Part shown: piece by piece, positions 53,381 through 64,000 of the stretch
Layout of the letters: the number at the start of each line of letters is the position of its first letter
How positions within the stretch are numbered: position 1 is the stretch's first letter
Origin: Catajapyx aquilonaris
Lineage: Eukaryota
Direction of reading: 5' to 3'
Length of the DNA stretch: 64,000 nt
Assembly: GCA_000934665.2 (NCBI GenBank)
Contig: JYFJ02001015.1
Location: 1 to 64,000, forward strand
Position numbers and translations under genes: made by a program
Notes under the pieces: generated by a model
Told to the model about the DNA's origin: nothing
The model's input: only the letters and a program-made list of their open reading frames with translations
Databases searched by the model: none

Positions 53381-53600
53381 GGGCCGAATTCAGAGAGATT
53401 GCTTAACTTAAACGCGCCCGATTAAATCCTTTAGTCATCCTCGATTAGCAAATTTTAAAAGTGCTAGCAAGTGCGATTAGGGGGCGTTTAGCGCTAATCG
53501 CCGTCTTTGTATTAGCAGGTTGATTAAATTTGCTAATCGAGGATGACTAAAGGATTTAATCGGGCGCGTTTATGTTAAGAAACCTCTCTGAATTCGGCCC
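53381..53600. mobile_element. PIF/Harbinger (Tourist)-like palindromic MITE
   Basis: GGGCCGAATTCAGAGAG / CTCTCTGAATTCGGCCC ends, ~75-bp near-perfect arms, TTT on both sides. Confidence 0.75.
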
Positions 53601-56600
53601 TTTGCTCTTTATCTCTCTAGCTATCCAGTAGGTCTACTAACCATTTTATTTTCAGTTTCGCTACAGATTTTCTTTTACCAAACGATATAACAAAAAAATG
53701 CAGCCTATATTGTCTTAAACAAAATAATGCTTTTAGCATTACCGGCTTCATATGTACGAAAATATTACACTTGAAGCTCGCACAAGTGTCAACCCACCAC
53801 CGGTTTGTACACCATTTGGCCGGCGAAATAGTCGTCCTATTATAGGTTTAGATCCTGTTGAAGTGCATTTGCACCTTGATATGGGTCAAGGCTTAGTCAC
53901 CTTTGTGGGAGAGGTCGGGGGTGCGCATTCAATGTTGGTGTACGCGAGCTGTGGGAAGGAAGTGAAGGGGGCAAGTGCAAGGACACGCAGTCATACACTC
54001 CAATGTCAGATCCTTCCAACATACCAACAACCTTGACTGAAAAATTAACGGGAACAACCTCCTAATTAAATTTGTACATCCCTCCAAAAAAATTTCCAGG
54101 TGAGGACCCCCGGACCCACTCATGCGCAGTAGTCGTGAGCAGCCGGTTTTTGCCCAACGAATCGTGTCACAAAGCGCAAATTCCACCCATTGAAATAAAA
54201 CTACGCGCGTCACGATAGCTCGAGGGCACCTTAGACTATCAAGAAGCCGGATTCTAACAATTGAGCGACACAAAGCATGGGATGAACACACGTAAAAAAA
54301 TGGTACAAAGTTCCGGGTGTAACGTACCATCGTTTTCTTTAACGCATTTTTTTGTTTTTACAGACAGGGTGGGGCAAGTCGATTACACGGCGCCGTACAT
54401 GATGAGCCGTACGAACGACTTATCGGGAACAGATCTGGATATAATAGCACGGTTTTGCAGGCCGGCGGCCTTTTGGCGAGACCAAGGTCAAGGAATGGGC
54501 TCCGTAAACAGGACATGTGTCGATGACCAGCAGGTACGGGACGCCTCTTTAATTACGTAGGATCCTGTTCCGGGAACGATTTGCTAGCCAGCACGATCTG
54601 TCATTTTTGTCCAAGATGATGCTCAAAAGGGCAACGAGACATCCATTGCTTGGCCGTTTTAATTTGTCAAGAAAAAAAAGAGAGCCAAAGGTCAGAGGCA
54701 AGGACAGGTAAAAATCGTGGGTGACCTCTTGGGTGAAGGTTATATTTGAAAGGACTTTTCCACACATTGTAATTCAATTGGACGAATTGGATGAAATGTA
54801 CCGATTTGGAGACAGTACCGCCATCTTTTCTATCATTTTTTTTTAAACATATATTGTAGCAAACAGGAGCTGCAGTCACGTTGTCTGTGCACCAACGTGG
54901 AAATTACGCAACCCGGATGTACGCATCCGCGTGCTAAGTGTATGTGAAGAGTCGTGGACCGTGCCAAATCAAGGATTAGCTCTAGTCATAGGTTTATAGA
55001 CCCAACCTGTCCCATTATTTTTTTTCATAGAATCCGCCCTATTTGAACCACACGCCAAACTTCCTCAGGCCATTAACATATATCAACGAGCGACTATTTT
55101 TTTTCTACGAAATGTTCATTTTTCTAGATAAATTGACTATAATTTGTAGTGAACAGACAGAAATAATAGTGAAGTGGTTTGAAATGAATTGCTGGAATTC
55201 CTGTTGGTGGCATCAGGATGCTGTGTTAGAATAAGGAGAAGCAGAGGGGGGTTGTAAGAGGATGAGGGAGGTGGAGGAGGGGTCTTTTCCCTGCATGTCA
55301 GCGCACTTAACCTTTGCTTCATCACGTTTCAGAGGTGGGGAGAGGGGGGGGGGTCTTGTAAGGGCTTTCGGCCTACATCCTGGTTAGAGAAAAATGACTT
55401 TGGGTACGGAAGGTCTGCAATTTCATGATGATCTTAGTTTTTAAGAAGAACCGCCACTTGATATGGCAAGAAAAAATCAAGCTGTGATGTTAACTTCAAT
55501 AATATGTATAACATATGCAACTCGTGACTATTTTGGGCGGATATGCGTCCAGTTTGGGTGGGGCTATTTCGTGCTGTGCCTTTAGAACAAAGTCAACCGG
55601 GTGCTGTTGCCTCTGACTTGATTGAAATCGCAGTAATTTACACCCGAGTAATTACTAGATTGACTAATAACAAACTCCGGTTGTTTGGACTCGTGATAAT
55701 TTCGTCATTGAGGACAGAGGGCGGTGTGTGGTGTGTTGGAGAGAAATGGCAGGTGTAGCAGCAGGATCTTTCATCTTTGCTCATCGCACTTGCGAAACAT
55801 GGTGGTCGTCCTTAACCCAAATGGACACGTTGTCGTGATTCCGAATAAGCTTCAGTTGTTTCCGATACTAGTGTCCACCACCATTGTCCTCTCTGTAGCT
55901 ATTTCAGACACTCCCATTCTCTTGGCATGTATGGTGGGCCACCCCTCTTTGATTGGGGTGGGGAGTGATATGGCTCACCTTATACAGTGTCAAAGGACAC
56001 TCGAAGTAGGCTACCGTTTTTCACTTTTATCTGGCTCGTAATTACAATTTGCATATAGGTTTATTGACATTCCTTCGTAGTGAGTGTTACGATAATGATT
56101 GTGTCCTTACTGTCGCTGGTTGTATTATTTTGACCTCTGCCTACAATTGCCCTTGGACTCATATCTGAATTACATACAGTTACAAAATTATTTAAAATTT
56201 TGTGAATTGGCCATGAAAAATATAATATGCCAGTATAGGGACCATTATTATAATGAAGTTTCGCTCAATTGATTTGCAGATTTGTTATGTAAACCACTAT
56301 ACAGTTAATTTGTAAGTGATAGGTTTTTCTGTAATATGGTATGTCCGGGTAGGCACCTTCATTCAAGGGCACCGAGTTGCGGGTTGTTACGCCTGCCTCT
56401 GGGACATCGTAGTAGTGCGAGTTATAAAACATACAGTATTCTGCAAAAAAACGTCCGCCTATACCGTGATTTAAAGCCATTTTAGCAAGTTGCATAAAAG
56501 GGAGACTGAAAAAAACGCAAAATTTCATTTGCATTAATTTTATTTCAAGCTAAAAGTGTGTACGAGGGAGTAGCATTATTTCTGCACCTGCTACGTAGGA

Positions 56601-57873
56601 TGCTGCCTCATAATTTTATTCGTTTATTAGGTAATAAAGCTCATAAATTGCAAAATGCATATGTTGGCATACGTACTACTCGGTGAGCATTGAGTTACGA
56701 TATACGTAAGGCAAGGTCGAGAGTTTTTGCATCAAGGCTTAATCATCTCCGTACTGGTATTACAAGCATTAATTAATTGCAGTTTGTCACACATTAGCAT
56801 CCAGAAGCAAGATATGCAGTAGTACAATAATTACATCCGAAATGTGCAGATGCAAGACTAAAGATGGGAAGCTTTATCATCTCTCATATTATAGAAGTAA
56901 AAGTTTTCCATCTTACACTGCGTCTCACATATACATAATGCATTAGCGTTACTCTCCTGATATGCGCCTGTCGTCGTTCTCATTAGATAATACGCGTGCA
57001 CAGGTCCTTCTTGAAGCAGCGATATGAATGATAACTACTGCCCCTCGGATTTACGCCAAGCTCCGACAAATAAATATCAAACGTCACTGCTTAAATTTAA
57101 TGGCGTGTATGCCACTTCATTTACATTCTGAAAGGATTTGCGAAATGTACATGCGCCTTGTTGCAGGGGAAATTTCTCGCAATTTATCTGTCGGTACATG
57201 TAACAACTTACACCGGATGCATACAGTGAAGAAAATCATAACGTCGAATTCATAATTGCTCATCGTTGCTCATAATAATAACCACATCGAGATTTAAATA
57301 TTCGGCCAACCGTTGATTTATTTTTTATTTGTAGAGTGCTGGTGGTTGCATATAGTGTCAGGATACACATGTCCAATATTATTGAAGTACCACTGACGTC
57401 ATTATTGAGAGAGGTATCCAAAAATTCTCACAGTGTGTACCAAGAATCAAACCTCTACAAGGTATGTTATCTAATGCGAATATCTTCGAACTGCCTGCTT
57501 GCAAGTGCTTTGAACCCTTTCACCTGAGATCCGGAACACGGATTACCAGGAGGTTAGAGATCAAGTTCGTTCAGACACGATCACCACAAGTCCACCTGCG
57601 TCTTCGGCGACTTGATATCAAAGGCGTGACATATGAAATCAATATTGGCGACGCCACTCTTACCCGTGTCGTACAACTTCCACTCACGATCGTCCTGTTC
57701 AAAAGATATGACGTCGATGCTAACAAAACACTGAAGAAAATCACCTTGCATTGCTAGCACGAAATCGTGATCAGTGATGATCCTACCCTGTCTAGTATAT
57801 ACCGGGTACTACGTCTGTCTATATTTTTTTTGTGTGTCTTCAACTTGTTTACCTTACTTTTATTTATTTTTAG

Positions 57874-60800
57874 TGTCAGGATGGCTGCACGCAATGGTCA
57901 GCACACTTGCTCTTGATGAGAGGTTATCTCCGGATAATATCATGGTAAGGCATCAAAATTACACGTTAGCACTGTGTCATTCCACTTGACACGTGCATGA
58001 CCCCTACTTCTTCCTTCTTTCAGGTATACGAAATGCAATCGGCTGAGGAATCACGTCCGGAAAATGAGTTCTTTTCCTGTAAAGGACGACCTGAAGGTTT
58101 ATATCCGCATCTGGAGAACAAGAGTGTTTATTACAAGTGAGTACCAGTTTCTTCAGCGTTAAAGCACGATTCCCCTATACGTGTGCCGTTTATCTAATAA
58201 TGTCAACATCCGGCATAACGATTCAGGAGTTACGCAGTTCAACCTTCGCAACTATTGCTTGTAAATGGGGTCGTTTAGCATGCCGAGTTATGACACGACC
58301 GCTGTAATATACAGCCATCAATATGTAAATAATATCATTCAGCGGGTGGTACATCCGTGGGTGATTTTTTTTATTTTAAAAATCATGGATTAACCAACTA
58401 GCTAAAAAAAAAAAAACTTGGCTTTAGTCCACCGGGTTACCAAAACGTGACATTCCAGTCACTTCTTCTCAGGTGCTACCAGGATACGAAGCGAACCTAC
58501 CATTGTTCGCAAGGTTACGTCTTCAACTCGATCTCGTCCAAATGTGAGGACAAAAAAGATGTGGCCAACGCCTCTGGGGAGGATGCTGCACCTTGTGAAT
58601 TACAGAGCGATGGTTTCTACGCCAACTACACCGACAACTGTCTAAGATATTACAGGTGACAATAATGAGTGTAATAAATCATAGTGGGTATATAATTTAC
58701 CGGATCTTCTTTATATTACAGGTGTCAAAATAATGAGCTGGTTCAAGATTCAGAATGCAATCCAGGGCTACGATTTGACTGGAGGCTTGAAGAATGTGTA
58801 GAATCGGACGTGAGCTGCGTGGCTCCGGAGTGTCCTTCGTCCGGAAGTGGAGGACATCTCTTCACGTTGCCTGGTACGGACTGTAGGGCTTACTTCCGAT
58901 GCCAGAAGGGAACTCGCATCGATGTCCTTTGTCCTCCTTCGCAGCACTTTGATGCTGTTCTTCAGGTTAATGGTCAATATTCTGAGGAATTATTTATTGC
59001 CGTCCTAATAATGACCATCCTTGACCGACAAACATCTCCACCTTTTGGCAGACGTGCGTTACGGCGAGGTCAACATGCCACGATCCTGCTTGCTCGGGTC
59101 GTCCGGACGGGACATTTGCGGATTCCAGCCACGAGTGCTACCGGTACGTGGAGTGCCGGGGAGGTCAAATGGTCCGGATGGCCGTGTGTCCTCAGGGACA
59201 GCGGTTCGACGGAGAGGTGTGTCGAGATGAAGGGGACGTCACTTGCTTGACTTCGGAGTTGGCCACTGGGAATATCCGGGGGTTGGAATGCCTCGGAAAA
59301 CCCGAAGGATACTATCCGGATGTCGACGAGGGCTGTCGAAGCTACCATCTTTGTCGCAATGGTCTTAGAGTGACCACATTGCAGTGCCCGGCCGAAATGG
59401 TGTTTGATGGACGAAGATGTATCAAGCATCGTGCACCGGGATGTCCCAATGGTGGGTTCATCCCCAGCAAAGTGGATGGTGAGGACAACCTGACTGTCGA
59501 CGACTCGCAATGTCGTGGTCGTCCTGACGGATACCATGCCGACACATCCACTGGATGTCGAGACTACTTCTTCTGCCAATCTGGAGTAAAGGTCACCACC
59601 AGAACATGCGCGGAAGGCACCTTGTTCAGCGGAAAGATGTGCATACCGTACCCTCTGGTCCGATGCCCTTTGAGGAATCCGGAGGCTGCAGCAGCTTCTG
59701 AAGCTCAAAGACGTAGAGAAGCATGCAAGGACAAAGTTGATGGGTATCACATTGACTACCTCAGTGGATGTAAGGAATATTTCTACTGCTTGGAAGGAGG
59801 CTTGCTATTTCGTAGCCGTTGCGAGGAATCTGCTCAGGTCAGTATAATAGTGTAATACCATTAGCTCTTGGTAATACCAAGAGTAATACTTATTGGAATG
59901 ACGTCACCATAAGTAATTATAACAATGACAGCAAAGCACTGTGCACATTATAAAATTCTGTTATATCATGCTTGATTTCTCAGGTGTTCAATGGAAAGAG
60001 TTGCGTTGACAAAAGCACATTTCGTTGCTGGGGTCCTGAGGAATCTGCTGATTGTACCGCCAAAGAAGACAGCTTTTTTCAGGACCGTAAAAGTGGATGT
60101 CAAGGGTAAATTATTTCAAGTATGACGCCTTGTTCATTTTCTTACGCCTGTTATTTCCTTCATATAGTTATTACTACTGTTCCAATGGCTATAAGGTGCA
60201 ACTACGTTGCAACGATGGCCAAGTATTCAACCGTCACCGATGCGTGGACTCGACGGAATTTCTTTGCCAAGAGGAAGATCCCGACTCGTGTGAAGGAAAA
60301 CCTGACGGGTATTACCAAGATGCGGCATCTGCTTGTCGGAGTTACTTCTTCTGTTCTCGAGGTCTTAAAATCACGTACATCTGTCCAGGACACCTAATTT
60401 TCAATGGCAAAGAGTGTGTCGAACTGTCGCAATACAAGTGTCCATACGAAACGTCTCAAGACTGCCGGAACAAGACCGATGGATACCACCCTGATGTGTC
60501 TACAGGCTGTCACAACTATTACTATTGTCTCCAAGCAGAAAAGATATCCACATTTTCCTGCGAAGGAAATAAAGTGTACGACGGTGCACAGTGCTCGGAT
60601 CGCTCTGAACATGCGTGCACGCCTACATGTGAAGAAAACGAAGATGGGTATCACACTGAAGCTGAAACTGGATGTACAACGTACTATCTGTGTTCATCTG
60701 GATATCGAGTAGCTGAGTATCAATGCCCACGAAATCAGGTTTTCGATAGGGATGTGAAAACATGCGTTGATCTGGGTGACCTCAGTGGAAATTATTCGTG

Positions 60801-61968
60801 TCATACCTCACACAACGACGAGGTGTCCAATAACCATTGTCGTCACCTTCCGAATGGTTTATATCAGGACTACATATCTGGATGTCAGAAGTATTATTTT
60901 TGCATAAACGGAGCCAAGACGGATTTGAAGTGTGTAGGGAACCAGGTGTTCAATGGGGAATTGTGCGTTGATCCCAGCCAGTATGTGTGTCCGATGCTGG
61001 ATCCATCAATTTCATGTCGTGATCGAGCAGATGGGGACTACCAGGATGTTAAATCGAACTGCAAGAATTACTATCGATGTTCCCATGGTTTGCTTGTAAA
61101 GCTTTATGAATGTCCAAATGGAGAAGCTTTTGATGGCCAACGATGTGTCCAAGAATCGCGTGTCTCCTGTCATACGGACACACCAACACGTAAGGACCCC
61201 TGCAGAGAAAAGCAGGATGGAAAATACACAGTGTCAAGAACCGGATGTCAAAAGTACATCATCTGTTTGAAGGGCTCATCTACCAATCATTCATGCTCAA
61301 ATAATCAGGTGTTCAATGGCCATACTTGCGTATCTCCTCTGGAGTACCGGTGTCCCGAGCTCAGCAAGCAGTCTTTCTGTCCTACGTCGATGTTGGGATA
61401 TTTCGCTGATGTTGCCAGTTCTTGTCAACAGTTCCACTTGTGTGCTGGAGGTCTGCAGATTCACACATTCAACTGTCCTCCAGGGTCACTCTTCAGCCAG
61501 GAAGGACAATGCTGCCAACCAGCCTCAGACGTGAAGTGTGGTACGGGTAAAACGACATCGCCGTCTGTCATGACAAACGCCATTGACTGCCACCACTTGC
61601 CAAACGGATACTACCCGGTTCCAGGAACACAATGCAGGTCTTACATGGTGTGCGTCAGTGGGGCCTCGAAGATTCAGTCGTGTCCAGATGGTCAGGTTTT
61701 TGACTTTGCAGTGAGATCGTGTGTGACAGTGGAAAACAACACATGTCCAGGCGCTACTTATACGCAATACCGAGAAACGCCATCATGTGCTGGTAAAACT
61801 GATGGTTCTCATATTGTACGAGGAAGTCGCTGTCAAAATTTTTACATTTGCAGCCAAGGAAGAAGTGTTATTTGTGGCGCGTGCCTTTCTGGACAACTGT
61901 ATGACTCGCAGACTTCTTCGTGCAGAGATTACAACATGGTTGATTGCAATGGCAATAATATTGACTGA
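57874..61968 (+). CDS. Multi-domain chitin-binding peritrophin-A (CBM14/ChtBD2) protein, ~17 domains; 5' end unresolved
   Basis: Exons 57874-57944, 58024-58136, 58473-58655, 58722-58965, 59052-59837, 59984-60105, 60168-61968; repeated C-x4-DG(Y/F)-x-D-x3-C-x2-YYxC...C-x2-G-x-VF-(N/D)-x3-C units. Confidence 0.9.
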
Positions 61969-62995
61969 GACTAGAACTTTGTTTGAATGAGTAGTATAGG
62001 CAAGAAGGGGTGTTACTCGACATGTGCAACTTTACGAATGGTCGGTTGTTACCTCAGGATTTAATAATAGTGAGTTTGGCGTATGTTTGCTGCTTTAGTT
62101 ATAATTTGTTGGCTAATGTTGGTCATTGTTATAATTATAGCTGAATGATGAATTTGATGTATAAGTACCCTGTCAGGGTATACTTGTACGTGCCGGTACT
62201 ACTAATAATTTAATGAAAATGATTTTTCAATAAGCAAAACAACAAACCATTTAATTGCAATAAAACATTTACATATTTCAAACTGTCCAGTAACAAATGA
62301 TTCCCAAAAGTATATGATAATGTTGTTGAGATGATTACATGCTTTATTGCAGTACAAATTATTATTACAGAAGCATGGATTGTGATGAGTAAAACTTTTT
62401 TTGTTTATGCCTGTATAACACTGCTCATGAAAGGAAACCGTAATAATTTATGTGCACCAGTATTACTGGAGTACTGTGTGTATGTAATGACTAATAAATT
62501 ATTATAACCATATATACACACAATGTAAGGATGTGGAAGAATTTTTCAGTTCCTTCCTTTCTCCATGTCATCAGCACATCTCCAGTTACAGCATGCCAAC
62601 AGCTCCAACTTGTCTGTCAATAACAATCAAGCAAACAAACCCGAAACAAACAGACTCTCTTCTACAAATGCCTAGTTTGCCTACAACAATGAACAATCAA
62701 CCTCCACTCAAATTGTGATACCACCGCAACCAGTTACTATCGACATCAATTTTCCTCCCCACCCCCCCTCCAGCCAATCTTCCCGCTCCCCATTCTCCTC
62801 CCCCGTCCGGTCCCTTGAATCCAAGATGGCGCCCACTTGACTCGCCCTTTTTTTTAAACTATTTTATATTTATTCGGAGTGTTACGTGACTACGTACGTT
62901 CTAGTGTTTAGATCGTATAGTTTTTAATGACGGAGGTGTGCGAGTTCGATGTTGGGGAAGAAGGCAGAACCCGGTGATCCCTGGTGCAGCTGACG

Positions 62996-63927
62996 ATGGT
63001 GGGCTTCACTCTGGAGAAGAGGCCTCTCAAGAGGCCCAGGCTGGGACCTCCAGACGTGTACCCACAGGACCCCAAGCAGAAGGAGGTACAGTGTAATAAA
63101 CTAATGAGTAGGAGAGGCAGAGGGAGGTTGGGGTCATAGTGGACTCAGCGGAATGTATACCTGCAAAAGTGGCACACTTGTATGTTGAGCAGCTGTGAAG
63201 AAAGGGCAACCGATCTGTACCATTAGTGTAAGAAAAAGGAGAGAAGATGCAAGAAAAATCCAGGTTACAATGAAAATAGCAAGAGAGAGAGCATTGACCT
63301 CTGACAATCCCATTAGGCAGGTTACATTGCCTGGAAATTTATAGATGGCCTTTAAAGGCCTGATAAAAAAAACTGTACTGCGGTATTTGGTGCCAGAAGG
63401 TCAAATGTCTGAAATTATTGATCATTTGTGCGTGTTTTTTTTGGTACAATCACTGGCATTTGGCCTAGAAGTTTGATTCATGATCAGGTTGTTTGGAAGT
63501 GATGTAATTTGTTAAAAATATATTCACGTGACATTTATTTTTTTGTGGGAAACTTGGGCCACATTTTCGTAGATTTAGCTCCACATGACTAGTAGGTTAG
63601 TTGAGAAGTTGTCTGACACTGTATCAGGACTGTGCGTTATTATTTTTACGTGCTATAATTTCAGATATTAGCATGTTTTATTTACGTGAAGTATGAGTGC
63701 TTGTTGTTCTTGAAAAACTGTCAAATGCTATTGTGCAATTAATTATAGGAATTCACCTAATATATCTTTGTCTAGTGTATTTTATCCCACACTGAGGTGT
63801 AATCAGCCTTTTGTTTCTTTTCCAGGATGAACTGACTGCTGTGAATGTTAAGCAAGGATTTAATCATACTCCACAATTGACTGACGAATTTGGCACTGCA
63901 AAGCTATGTAATTTGACTGCATCAAAG
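62996..63927 (+). CDS. MED12: Mediator subunit 12 (kohtalo), first two coding exons; gene continues beyond window
   Basis: Exons 62996-63085 and 63826-63927 give [44 protein letters not shown], the hallmark MED12 N-terminus; not present in the ORF track. Confidence 0.95.
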
Positions 63928-64000
63928 GTAATAAGATATATTCAGAATTCTTAAAGTGGTACTCATTTGCCTCAACAAATCTCAATTCTGAACACCAGGT

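Noticed and set aside
59070..59750. 226-aa minus-strand ORF
   Set aside because: Antisense shadow of chitin-binding exon
1..64000. CRISPR arrays, operons or other prokaryotic systems; palindromes as miRNA genes
   Set aside because: Sequence is spliceosomal-intron eukaryotic DNA with no repeat-spacer array; palindromes have TIR/TSD signatures of MITEs

Overview
Eukaryotic (intron-containing) genomic DNA, most likely from an arthropod/non-dipteran insect (inference from gene content). Manual splicing gives nine protein-coding genes: PARL/rhomboid-7 (+), SPRYD7 (-), PIN4 (+), PANK4 (-), RNF13/godzilla-like (-), WDFY2-like (+), a CENP-I/Mis6 homologue (-), a ~17-domain chitin-binding peritrophin-A protein (+) and the first two exons of MED12/kohtalo (+). 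The first ~12.5 kb and many introns are packed with MITEs (Tc1/mariner, pogo, hAT, piggyBac and PIF-like ends), mariner remnants and tRNA-derived SINEs, some nested several layers deep. Main points of interest: a divergent but intact CENP-I; a PANK4 that keeps the kinase residues lost in human PANK4; a U12-type intron in WDFY2; a GC-AG intron in PANK4; compact bidirectional promoters; and a gene set whose human orthologues cluster on Xq/3q/13q. No wholly novel system could be demonstrated. Gene identities rest on remembered family motifs, not on database searches.
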